Shown here piece by piece: positions 52,701-64,000 of a DNA stretch of 64,000 nucleotides. The notes under the pieces were generated by a model, which saw only the letters and a list, made by a program, of their open reading frames with translations, had not been told where the DNA came from and searched no databases. Both the position numbers and the translations under genes were made by a program. Source of the DNA: Felis catus (lineage: Eukaryota). The stretch's first letter is position 1, and each line of letters begins with the position of its first letter. The stretch spans positions 155,188,001-155,252,000 of the forward strand of contig NC_058368.1 in assembly GCF_018350175.1 (NCBI RefSeq), in the 5' to 3' direction.

Positions 52701-53924
52701 ACTTTGGAGCCAATTCTATAAACATTTTATAAAATTATCGCTGTGATTACTATTTTCATTATTTCAAGTTGAAATCTGAATCCTAGTTGTAGGGATCATA
52801 CTCAAACATTTCAATTTGGCAGTGTTCAGCTAGCCTTTAGCGGTTTATCTGGATGGGCACACATGATGGTTAAGATGTCTAAGGAAGTACACAAAGAATT
52901 CTGTGGTTGACTTTGATAAGACAAAATGCTTTCTGCAGGGTGCTATTCGGATGAACACACCAGGACACTCAGCCAAACTCATCTGAACTATCCAAACCCC
53001 TTGATTCTGCAAACTGGGTTGCAGATCTTTCGAGAACAGGCTTTCTTACAAGATTGCTGGCACTTTCTCTTCCAATCCCAGCCAGAAAAACAGTAAGAAC
53101 AGCCTTTCTCATATCATTTTGGCATTTCTGGTCTTGGCCCAGGCTGGAAAATTGAAGTGTAAAAGCACTTAACTGAACATTTCAGAAGGTAAAGAAATGT
53201 TCAATTCAAGTTTAGCTCTGAAATGGACAAGTGGTTCTTCTTTTATTCACCTCATCAGAACCCTAGATGGCAAAGAAATACCATGATTTTCTCTCTGCTT
53301 TTAAAGGTATCTACTCTAAGTTCCATGTTAGAAGCAAATAAAGCCCTTTTATGTGCCTCTGTAAAGGGCTATTGCTTACGTGTTAGAATGTTGATTGGTA
53401 CTCTCAATTCAATTATGTCTATATCAAGCTTTGAGTGAATAAATTTTTGAAGAGTTTTCATTAGAAACAAATGACTAATGTTTTCAAATAAAGTATATAC
53501 AACTTACTAAAGTTAACTTAAGGAGGAATATACATACACAGCTTATGAATAATATACACTTGCTTTGAAGTATTCCTTGTCACTGCCATATTAGCAGAGC
53601 CCTTGGTCAGATTGGTGCCATTTCTGCCTTGATTCTAATTTTTTGTTTTCCTCTATTCTCATTCTGTTCTCCGCCACACACATGAGCAACCCTCACAAGC
53701 TCAACTCCAGTAATGGCCCACACCATGCAGTGACAGGCTAGGAATTTCATTTTGCAGAGATCATATGCTAATTTTCGTCATTTTTGTCTCCAATACTAAA
53801 ATTCCTCCAATCACTACCTTCAGCCTATATCCATGAGCTGATCCTACATCTGATTATTACTTTTGCTATTTATTACTTTTTAAGTTAATATGACTCTGCT
53901 ATGTCAACTAGAAAACACTTGCTT

Positions 53925-55345
53925 CAAAATTTCTAAGACAGGAGGAAAGTCCCTGACTTTGGGATAGGCAATAATTTCTCCAGTGAACACAAAAATCAAT
54001 AATCGTAAAAGAAAAAAGTTAATAAACTAGACTTCATCAAAATACAAAATCTTCAGGGGCGCCTGGGTGGCTCAGTAGGTTAAGCGGCCGACTTCACCTC
54101 GGGTCATGATCTCGCTGTCCGTGAGTTCGAGCCCCGCGTCGGGCTCTGTGCTGACAGCTCAGAGCCTGAAGCCTACTTCAGATTCTGTGTCTCCCTCTCT
54201 CTGACCCTCCCCCGTTCATGCTCTGTCTCTCTGTCTCAAAAATAAATAAATGTTAAAAAAAATTAAAAAAAATACAAAGTCTTCAAAAGACACCATTGAG
54301 AAAATGAGAAGGCAAGCCACAAGACTGGGAGAAAAAACATTTGCAAAACAAATATCTGACAAAGTACTTGTATCCAGAGTATACAAATAATTCTTACAGC
54401 TAATAATAAGACAGATAACCCAATTAAAGACAGACAAAAAATTTGGATAGACGCTTCACAAAATGATACATATGAGTGGCCAAAAAGCATGTGAAAATGT
54501 CTTCCACATCTTTTGTCATCAGGGAAATGGAAATTAAAACCACAGTGAGAAACTACTACATTCCCACCAGAATGGCTAAAATTTAAAAAACCAACAATAC
54601 CAAGTGCTGGTGCAATGTGGAGGAACTGGAACTCTTATATATTGCTGATGGGAATGCAAAGTGGTATCTCTTTGGAAAATAGTCTGACAGTTTCTTACAA
54701 GGTTAAACATGTACCTACAACTCAGCAATGGCACTCTTAGGTAGTTAGCCGGGAGGGATGAAAGCATATGCCTGTGCAAACAATTGTACTTGATTGTTCA
54801 TGGCTGCTTTACTAATGATGGCCAAAAAACAGGAAGAAAAAATTCAAATGTCCTTCAATAAATAAGTGTATGAACCAATTGTGGTATATTTGTACAATGA
54901 AACACTACCCAGCAATAAAATAAATAAATAGAAAGGAATAAACTATTGATGTATAGATTTCATGAATGAATCTCGAAAACACCTTGCTGATTAAGAGAAG
55001 CCAGAACAAAGATAACAAACAAAGAGACCAACAAACAAAACTAGATAATGTAAAATTTCATTCATATGAAATTCCAGAGGAGAGAAATCTCACCTATAGG
55101 AATAGAAAAAAAAAATCAGACTTTCCTAAAGCAGGAACGGTGGGGAAGGGGGATAGGGAAGAGGCAAGAAGAGGGGGAGACAGGAGTGTGCAGCAGGGAG
55201 CCTAACTGACTTTTGGAAACTTGGGGAGTGATGGAAAAGCTCTATATCTTGATTTTGGTCATGGCTTATAGGTGTATATATTTGTCAAAACTCAACAAAC
55301 TCTACACATAAAATGCATGCATTTATACTATGTCAATTGTGCTTC
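53925..55345 (+). mobile_element. LINE-1 (L1M) ORF2 3' part and 3' UTR, interrupted by a SINE
   Basis: AATAAACTAGACTTCATCAAAAT...CTTCAAAAGACACCATTGAGAAAATGAGAAGGCAAGCCACAAGACTGGGAGAAAA...GTCATCAGGGAAATGGAAATTAAAACCACAGTGAGA. Confidence 0.92.
54056..54268 (+). mobile_element. Can-SINE (SINEC_Fc), young copy with CpGs retained
   Basis: Near-consensus with many CpGs; TSD AAAATACAAAATCTTCA/AAAATACAAAGTCTTCA. Confidence 0.97.
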
Positions 55346-55708
55346 AGTAAAGTTGATTTAAAAGAGCACTGTGAACAAACCCAAAAGCCTAACCACAACT
55401 AAGTTTCAAAAGGTTTTATGGATCTCCCCACTTCCCACAGGAATAGAAAAACTTCCAATATGCGTGGTACAGAAAATATTTTCTTCCTGTTACTTAAAAG
55501 GCCTTTACCACATGATTGTTTCCTATTAGATATCTCTCTCAGATACTGCATGAGCTAAAGTTTAAAACTATATACTCTTCCTTGCTTCAGTTACATGTGA
55601 ATTATATGTGTTATGAGGTATAGTTACTTAAACAACCTAATAGCTTTGATCCTTAATTTCCTCATCCGTAAAATGGGAACAGATCATCTCAGAACACTGT
55701 GGCACCAG

Positions 55709-56367
55709 TTCTTTCCAGCTGGCTGTTCGCCCTTGGAGGAGGCCCATAGGCAGCAGTCACAGCACCCAGCCGGAATGGCACTATCCCACTTCCGTGAGGA
55801 GTGGCAGTGATGTATGGCCACATGGTTCAATCAGCAGGCACAGAAGATCCAAAGACTCAAAGCCTGGCAAGCCAAGGCATACCACACCACCATCTGAACC
55901 CTCTAGCCCATTAATAGTTGCCCCACAATGAGGTATCACACCAAAGTGCGAGCTGGCAGGGGCTTCAGCCTGGAAGAGCTATGAGTGGCTGCCATTCACA
56001 AGAAGGTGGCACCGACCATTGGGATATCAGCAGTGGATCCAAGAAGGTGGAACAAGCCCATGCAGTCCCTACAAGCCAATGGGCAGTGGCCCATCCTCTC
56101 TCCCAGAAAACCACCGGCCTCCAAGAAGGCAGACAGCTCAGCTGAGCTCAAATTGGCGACCTAGCTGACAGGACCAGTCATGCCCATTCAGAATGTCTAT
56201 AAGGAGAAAGCCAGAGTCATAGAGAGGAGGAGAACTGCAAGGTGTTTGCCAGCCTTCGAAATGCCCACGCCAATCCCCAGCCCTTTAGCATCTGGGCAAA
56301 AGGGGCCAAGAAAATTGCAGAACAGGATGTTCACAAGTACAGCTTGTGATAAAAAGAAAAAAAAAAA
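55709..56367 (+). pseudogene. RPL13: Processed pseudogene of 60S ribosomal protein L13 (eL13)
   Basis: Hand translation gives APSRNG.., [98 protein letters not shown], collinear with RPL13; no introns, TOP-like TTCTTTCC at 5', ATG mutated to ACA (55759), stops and frameshifts, A tail to 56367. Confidence 0.95.
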
Positions 56368-56468
56368 GTGGTAATAATAATATTTAACTTGTATGATCAA
56401 TATCTATCCTTTAAACACTATGCTAAGCACAAAGAAGTTTATTAACGAATTTAATAATTGTCATGATT

Positions 56469-56695
56469 GGGGCGTCTGGGTGGCTCAGTCAGTTAAGGAT
56501 CTGACTTCGGCTCAGGTCATGATCTCACAGCTTGTGGGTTCGAGCCCCACGTCAGGCTCTGTGCTGACAGCTCAGAGCCTGGAGCCTGCTTTGGATTCCG
56601 TGTCTCCCTCTCTCTCTCTGCCCCTCCCCCGCTCACACTCTGTCTCTCTCTCTCTCTCTCCTCTCTCTCAAAAAATAAACATTAAAAAAAATAAT
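56469..56695 (+). mobile_element. Can-SINE (SINEC_Fc)
   Basis: Full element; TSD AATAATTGTCATGATT. Confidence 0.96.
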
Positions 56696-57014
56696 AATAA
56701 TTGTCATGATTGATACTTATACTACTAAATTTCAAGAACCCAAACTGCTTCCTCAAGGGCTTCCTTCTGAGCAATGATCACATTAAAAAGGCAAGTAAAG
56801 CCCAATAACGTGTAGTTTATACCTATGCTGACCTCAGTCATTCTCAGAAGCCTGTACAACAGGTCTGCAGTTCTCAACATGTATCTCAACACATATTCCC
56901 AGTCATATCGTTTTACCCAGACTGCAAATTATTTTCTTTGCGATCTCATCATTTATTGCTTCACAAACTTTTCTCCAGATTTCTTCCAAAATAAAGCCAG
57001 CTAGACCATTGTTT

Positions 57015-58290
57015 TCCACATTTTATTTGGAGTTGTGATAGAAATACACATAACATAAAATTTGCCATCTGTATTAGTTTTCTAGGGCTGCCATAACAAA
57101 TACCACAGACTGGGTGGCTTAAATAACAGAAATTTTCATTTATCACAATTGTGGAGGTTAGGAAGTCCAAGATTAAGGTGTCAGTAGATTTGATTTCTCC
57201 TGAGGCCTCTCTTCTTTGCTTGCACATGGCCACTTTCTGTTTTATCACATGGTTTCTGTTCTATGTGCACACATCTCTGGAATGTCTCTGTGTCCAAATT
57301 TCTTCTAAGGATACGAATCAGAATGGATTGGGCCTACCCTAAGGGTTTTGTTTTAACTTAATCACCTCTTTAAAGGCCCTATCTCCAAATATGGTCACAT
57401 TCTGAGATACTGGGAAGCTAGGGTTCAACACATTAAGTTGGGGGGCAAGGGGACACAATTCAGCCCATATACCATTTTAACCATTACTGACTGCAGACTT
57501 CAGTAGAGTTAAGTCAATTCACAGTGTTGTGCAACCCATCTCCAGAATGCTTTTCATCTTTGAAGCCTAAAATTTTATATCCATCATACAAAAACTCCTC
57601 ATTTCCCCCTTTTCTCAGTCCCTGGCAACCACCATTCTACTTTCTGTCTCTGTGAATTTGACTATTCTAGGTACTTCATTTAAGTAGAAACATATAGTAT
57701 TGTCTTTTGACAACTGGATAATTTCACTTAGCGTAATGTCCTCCAGGTTCATCCGTGTTGTAGCTTGTGTCAGAATCTCTTCCTTTTTATGGCTGAATAA
57801 TATTCCATTCTATGTATATATCACATTTTATTTACTCCTTTATTAGTCAATGGTCACCTGGGTTGTTTCCACCTCAGCTATTGTGAATAATACCGCATTA
57901 ATATGGGTGTACCATTATCTCTTTAAGATCCTGCTTTAAATTCCTTTGGGTATACACCTAGAAGTGGAATATCTGGATCGTATGGAAATTCTATCTTTAA
58001 GTTTTTGAGGACCCACCATATGTTTTCCATAACGGTGGCACCATTTTACATTCCCGCCAATAGAGCACAGGAACCACCAACTTTTCCACATCCTTCCTAA
58101 TCATTCTTCTTTTCTGTTTGTTTGGTTTTTGTCTTGGGTTTTCTTTTTTGCAGTAATTATCCTAATGGATGCTTGATTTGCAGTCCCCCTAATAACTAAT
58201 GATGTTGAGCACCTTTTCATGTGCTTGTTGGCCATTTGCATACCTTCTTTGGAGAAATGCTTCTTTGAGTCCTTTGCCCTTTCTGAATCA
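57015..58290 (-). mobile_element. LINE-1 (L1MB-like) 3' region, interrupted by MLT1
   Basis: CATAACATAAAATTTGCCAT...CCCTGGCAACCACCATTCTACTTTCTGTCTCTGTGAATTTGACT...GATGTTGAGCACCTTTTCATGTGCTTGTTGGCCATTTG. Confidence 0.92.
57070..57471 (-). mobile_element. MaLR solo LTR (MLT1A-C-like) nested in L1
   Basis: TGTATTAGTTTTCTAGGGCTGCCATAACAAATACCACAGACTGGGTGGCTTAAA...GGACACAATTCAGCCCATA; TSD CCATC/CCATT. Confidence 0.9.
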
Positions 58291-58301
58291 GGCTAAATAT
58301 T

Positions 58302-58512
58302 CTGTTTTGTTTTGTTTTAATTTTATTTATTTTGAGATACATTGTGAGTGGGGGGAGAGGCAGAGAGAGAGAGAGAGAGAGAGAGAATCTAAGCAGGCTC
58401 TGCGCCATCAGCATAGAGCCCAGTGCACAGTTCCACCCCATGAACCGTGAAATCATGACCTGAGCTGAAATCAAGAGTCAGATGTTTAACCAACTGAGCC
58501 ACCCAGGTGCAC
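58302..58512 (-). mobile_element. Can-SINE
   Basis: Reverse-complement element; TSD CTAAATATTCT. Confidence 0.94.
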
Positions 58513-58777
58513 CTAAATATTCTTTTTACTGTGACCAACAGTAAGAAATAAATGTCAGCCAATGTGAATTTAGGTGTGTGAGCACACAAGTGCAGACACA
58601 CACACACACCCTTGCTGCATTAGATTCACCCTAATATTTTCTATGTTGTTTTTCTCTTAAAATGCTGGTCACCATCCACTAAACTGTTTTTACAACTTAC
58701 TAATGGATTGCAACCTAAAACTTGAAAAACAGCTAGACCCTACATTTCTCCACCTCTAAATAGTTCTTTCCTTTGCA

Positions 58778-59235
58778 TGTAGTGTGCTGAATATCTTCTC
58801 TCTGTCCTGCATGTGTATCCTTCACTCTTCTCCAACCAACTGTGTTCCCTAGGGGGCTGACCTTCGTGAACCACAACAGTGGACTCCTGTGACCTCCGAC
58901 TTCCTGTTGGATTTGGCCAATAGAAGTACCTCCAGGAGAACAGGAGGAAAGAAATTTGCAGCATAAATTACCCTGGTTCCCCGCCCCCCCCCCCCGGCCC
59001 CCACCACTCCTCATAGCCTGTCTGGGTTTAAATTACTGTTACTTATTTCTGTTGTCTTTAGGCCTCATGAAGATGACAAACCCCATTGTGAATAGCTCCC
59101 CAATCCATCACTACCCCTTTTGGGTCCCCAAACCTGGTCCATACTTTCATAAATAATCTCTTTCTTAAATTCTCCTCAAATTCTCCTGTTGGAGTGTGCC
59201 ATTCCTTTCTTGCCAAGGCCCTCACTGCTTAAATA
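58778..59235 (+). mobile_element. Old ERVL LTR (LTR16-like)
   Basis: TGTAGTGTGCTG...GGGGCTGACCT...CTTCCTGTTGGATTTGGCCAATAG...AAATTCTCCTCAAAT...GAGTGTGCCAT. Confidence 0.7.
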
Positions 59236-59337
59236 TAGTTGTTCATATACTATCCTCTCTGCTTTTCTCTACACTTGAAATTTTTAAAAATAAAAAAGTA
59301 AAAAGAGGGGTTAGTTACAAGGAACCATTCCAAAGTA

Positions 59338-59851
59338 GAGATGGTCCTTGACTTACTATGGTTCAACTTATGAATTTTCGACTTCACGTGGTGTAAAAGC
59401 AATACTCATTCAGTAGAAACTGTACTTTGAATTTTGATCTTTTCCCAGGCCAGTGGTATTTAGTATGATTCCCTCCCGTGATATTGGGCAAAAGCAGTGA
59501 GCCACACCTTCTGGTAAGCCCCATGATCACAAGAGTTAACAACTTATACTCTTGCAACCATTTTGTACCCATACAGCCATTCTGGTTTTCACTTTCAGTA
59601 CAGTGTTAAATAAATTACACGAAATATTCAATAATTTTTTTTTATAAAATAGGCTTTGTGTTAGATTATTTTGCCTGACTGTAGGCTAATGAAGTATTCT
59701 GAGTACATTCAAGGGAAGCAAGGCTAAGCTATGATGTTCAGTAGATTACCGTTCAGTAGGTTAGATGTATTAAATGCATTTCTGACACAATATTTTCAAC
59801 TTATGATTGGTGTCTTGGGCCATGACCCCACTGTAAGTTGAGGAAGATCTG
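59338..59851 (-). mobile_element. MER47/Tigger5-family TcMar DNA transposon deletion derivative
   Basis: Terminal inverted repeats GAGATGGTCCTTGACTTAC / GTAAGTTGAGGAAGATCTG; internal ATAAAATAGGCTTTGTGTTAGAT...GGCTAAGCTATGATGTTC; TA at the left flank. Confidence 0.85.
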
Positions 59852-60989
59852 CAACTAGGAGTGATACAGGTACAGTTAGTGCTTCAGCAAGATCTTGACT
59901 CTGCTTTGGTCACTTGGCTTGCTTCCAACCTGTGCTCACAAAATTTCAGACATCTTGCTGTTTTTTCTGCTTTGTGTTTCTCCACTAAGTCTCACTACCT
60001 GTTCATTTTCCCCAAATTTACTGGCCACTTATTTCTACTAACCAATTTTGTTGCATCTCCCCCTTCCATAAAATAGAGGCCCTTCTGACTATGAGGGCCT
60101 ATGCAACCAGAGATATTAAAGGTGATTAACGAAGGGAATATGAATTATACCTTAAAATGCCTCCTCTTTTCCCCCTCCACTCATGGTAAAAAATTTCTCT
60201 TGGTATTATCTCTTTCATTGAAAAAAAATTTTTGTTCATTTCCATACAAAACTAGTGTTACTTGTTTCTAGACATGTTCTTCCTGACGTAGAGCAGGACA
60301 GAAAAAAATAGTAATTAAATATGTCGTTTTCAAGTACATTTTTATCTTACAGGTATAAAGTAGATCCATAAGAGAAATGATCTTGCATCCACCACCTTCC
60401 AGACTTAAAATTCAGTAAGAGGACCAATGCCTGCAGAAGAAGTAACAGCAGCAAGCACAGGAAGACAAATGAAAACAGAAATAGTGATAGAATGACAGAG
60501 CTCGGACACTGGTCTTGAAAAAAGCAAGGAAGAACAAGAAGAGGTATCTGATTTTTATTGGAGAGGTTTTTCCTGGTTCCTCCTATCCAACTCCTTTCCC
60601 CTTATTGAGCCCAGGGTCTTTATAGTGCTCTCACATTTTTAAAAGAGCACTATCTTTTTCTCTTTCATTTCTCTTGTCTATTAAGACCTTTAGAGGGGTG
60701 GAAACCTCTCTTGATGGTACTAATCACACAGCAATAACCTCAGGCAGACTTTGATTTTAGTAGGAAAGTGATTTATAATTGTCTCCGTACTCGTTTTTGT
60801 TGTTTACAGGAGATAAATCCAACTAGCTGTACGTCTCTTTAGTTTAACATGACATCCCAGTTAAATATAAATACTTCCTTAAAATACACTGCCATGATAG
60901 AACATGCAAAATACAGGTGTTGAATCTCCCCTTTTTCCCCGAAATCTTAGTTCTTGAAAAGCAAAGATTTTCTATGTGGAAATTGAGTT

Positions 60990-62360
60990 GCCTATTGAGC
61001 ACTTATTATCAGCCAGACACAGTTTTAGAGCCTTGGAGAAGCAATGGTGAGCAAACTAAAACTCTGACCTCAATAAATGTATAACCAGTCAGGGGAGAGA
61101 GGTAAACGGAGAAGCAGATACCATACAGTGTGTGGTAACTGCCACCATAAGGGTATGCAAGGTTCTGTAGAAAAACGAAAATTGTATCTAATCAGATAAA
61201 GTGGCCCAGACAAGGATTCTTAGAATAACGTTATCTATTCAGATGAGAAGATATAGACCCCTGATATTTAGTGACTGTTTTCTAGAGCCCAGGCGTGGTT
61301 CTAACTTATACTAGTTTAATCTTCGTAATAACCCCAACAAGCAGATACTGCTACCAACATCACCATTATCATCATCACCATCAAAGCCCAGGGAATGGAG
61401 AGCCAGGATTCCAATTCAGGCAGTATCATTTCAGAGCCCGTGCTCTTAACTAACAACACAAAATAGCCTTCCAGGAGATAAGGGAATAACATGAGCAAAG
61501 ACCCAGAGGGTAAGAAAGCATGTTCCATTTGAGGAGTTGAAATTAGAAATTCCATAAGGCTCAACAAAGAGTACAAACATAATAAGAGGAGGAGAGAGGG
61601 GACTGGAGATGCAGTCAGGGGTCAAATCATGAACGGCCATTAAGGAGACCGGACTTAACCTGAAGGCATTGGGGAGCCATTAAAGAGTTTCAACAGAGAA
61701 ATGTTAAGGCCAGACTCACATTTCAGAAAATCACTCTAAGGGTGGTTTGAAAAATGGATTGAAGGGAATCAAGACCTGAGGCAGGAAGATCCATTAGGAC
61801 ATTTTTGCACAAGTCCATGAGAAAGGTAACAGCAGCCTAAATAAGGAGTGATGGGGCTGGGGGAGCAGGCAGAATGGAGACATGTTGGAGAGAGAGAACA
61901 GACAAAAACTGGTGGTTAATTGACTGCGGGCACTGAGAGGGAAGGCAAAATTGGGATGAGTATGCTCTAGCCAGAGGATGGGTGACCGTGCCATCTGAGG
62001 TGAGGGAACACAAACCCAGCGAGTGGAGCTCCTGAGTTCTGGTAGTGGCACACTGACTCTAAGTGGCCGTCAGAGCACCAGGCAGGATGGTCCAATAGAT
62101 CTTCACATCCAACCACCAAGAGTGAGAGCTGAACTAGAATTGCTCATGTGATGAGAATTCCTGGTCTGCATATTAACCACGATTATGGGTGAACAGACCC
62201 AAGGACACAGATGTCATGAGAGGTGAAGAGGACCTAAAGCGGAAAAGAGATAGCATCATCATGTAAGGGCCATTGAGAGACGGGGAACTCAGAAATGAAG
62301 CTGAGAAGCCACTGCCAGAAAGGCAGTGGAAAAGTCACAGAACATACAGTCCCAGAAGCC
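60990..62360 (-). mobile_element. LINE-2, long degraded copy with an internal MIR piece (about 61375-61450)
   Basis: CTATTGAGCACTTATTATCAGCCAGACACAG (L2 3' end, reverse complement); GGGGAGCCATTAAAGAGTTT...TTTCAGAAAATCACTCT. Confidence 0.75.
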
Positions 62361-62434
62361 CAGGGAAGAGAGCTCAGAACAAAGATCTGTGAGACTGTTT
62401 TGTGGGAACCATCACAAACATCCTTCTGTTCCAG

Positions 62435-62477
<43 letters not shown>

Positions 62478-62478
62478 A
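62435..62478. repeat. (TAAA)n microsatellite
   Basis: Read directly from the sequence. Confidence 0.96.
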
Positions 62479-64000
62479 TTCCTCATGCTCAGAATTTCAT
62501 AGACTTAAAACATTCTATTATAGGAATTATATTGGCAGGGCAAGTCAAGAGAATGTTTGGCTCTAGGGAGATACTTCTGTCTCCTTAGTGTGTGATCCCT
62601 GTAGCCTTTGTTGCCACTGACATTCATTAACTTAAAAAATCATTAATCAGTCCTAGACTTTCTATTTTCCTGGTCCCGTCTAATATCAACAACAGGAGAG
62701 AAATGATCTGTTGCATATTTCAAATAGGTTGATCATAATGTTATCTATAGGAAACTAAAGAAAAAATATTGATGATGTTTCATATAGATTTTAGACTTTT
62801 CCATTCTATTATCAATGTTATTGTAGCTGTTTCAGTCCCAAAGGATGACTGATTAGGTTTAGTTATACAAATCGAATCTTTGATGCCTTCAAATCTCTTT
62901 TGAAATAGAAGTACTGTAGTAGCTGGGTAGGGAACAATCTGGTTGACAATTCTGCCATTAAGTTACTGAACATTAAGACATTTTGTTGAGGTGTATTCTA
63001 TACTAAAAATAGAAGTATCAAACTGCATCAATTATACACACCCGTTCTCAACTGCCATTGAATAACCCTGATGGCTGTTTCCTGGAGAAGAAAGAGAGAT
63101 GATAAATACCTCTTCTTTCCATTACTGGAAATACTTTTCATTATTTGAAAAGAGGAGTCAATGCTTGTATTTTGTAAATTACAGAGCATAAAAATCATCT
63201 TAGGTAAAGTTTGTTGAGAGAGTTCAGTATAAACTTATTAATTTGTCAAAATATGTTGAGAACTTGGAAACAGGTTGTGAGAGAAGCATTTTCAATAGTT
63301 TACGGCGATTTGCTGGGCATCCCAAGCAGTCCTACGAGAGTTAGGGTAGAATGTAGGAAAACAGGAAAGCTGGAAGGCGAGAAGATGTGACTGGCCTCTC
63401 TTCTCTTTCTTCTTCTTTCGTTTACATCCTAGTTCATTTTTTCCCAGTTCCAGGTATGTATTTTGGGTGACTCACATGCATCCTTTTGAATAATATATAA
63501 TTTGTTGTGATGAACAGGAAATTTAATTCTAAACAGCAAAGTGAAGAATAGCTGAGACAGACTGGATGCTGCAACCCAGAGAAATGACAGGTTTTCTATG
63601 AAACAGGCAAATTGCATGTAATAAGGGAGAAATTCTGTAGGAAAATGCAGTATTATTTGGTCATGCTAGAAGGACCAATTGTGTTTGCTATAAATTTAAA
63701 TCTCTTAGCTGAGTTTTTAATTTGTGAAGCTTTCTGTAATAAAACCACAACGTGTTTTTCCTTTAGTCCTCCACTTCCTGCTCTCCCTTCATTCTGACTT
63801 TTCTCTTTCAAACTTATGCCTTCTTTTAGCCCTAATCTTCCTGTGACAGCAGCTTGTAAATTTCAAGCTCTTTCCATTCACATTTGCCACCCACCCTGCC
63901 ATCAACACCTCACTCACTGATCCTTGGGTTTCCAGATCTGACCTGGCATAACCTTGAGGCAGGCTTCCATGATTGACAGCAGTTGCATTTATAGTATTCT

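Noticed and set aside
9042..58512. tRNA-like A/B-box sequences (TGGCTCAGTCGG...GTTCGAGCCC)
   Set aside because: They are SINE heads derived from tRNA, followed by SINE body and tail; not tRNA genes
1..64000. Recurring short ORFs such as MAQSV...TSAQVMIS...SVLTAQSLEPASDSVSPSL
   Set aside because: These are translations of Can-SINE copies, not a gene family

Overview
Mammalian nuclear DNA from a feliform carnivore (probably a cat), judged from about 24 tRNA-derived Can-SINEs of the SINEC_Fc type. The window looks intronic or intergenic. I find no intact protein-coding gene, no recognisable RNA gene and no CRISPR or prokaryotic feature; the ORF track is mostly noise from repeats. The only confidently identified gene-derived sequence is a decayed processed pseudogene of RPL13 (about 55709-56367, +). 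The rest is a layered repeat landscape: old MIR, L2, L1M, MLT1, ERVL LTRs and DNA transposon remnants (MER5A, MER81, MER47/Tigger5), a well-preserved 396-bp solo LTR with a 5-bp target-site duplication (TSD), and microsatellites. Two repeat-poor blocks carry developmental transcription-factor motifs. Leads worth checking are exon-like relics at both ends of the window, a possible microexon and a few hairpins. I cannot support a claim of a novel biological system here. Repeat family names come from my recall of consensus sequences, and old-repeat boundaries are approximate (tens of bp).
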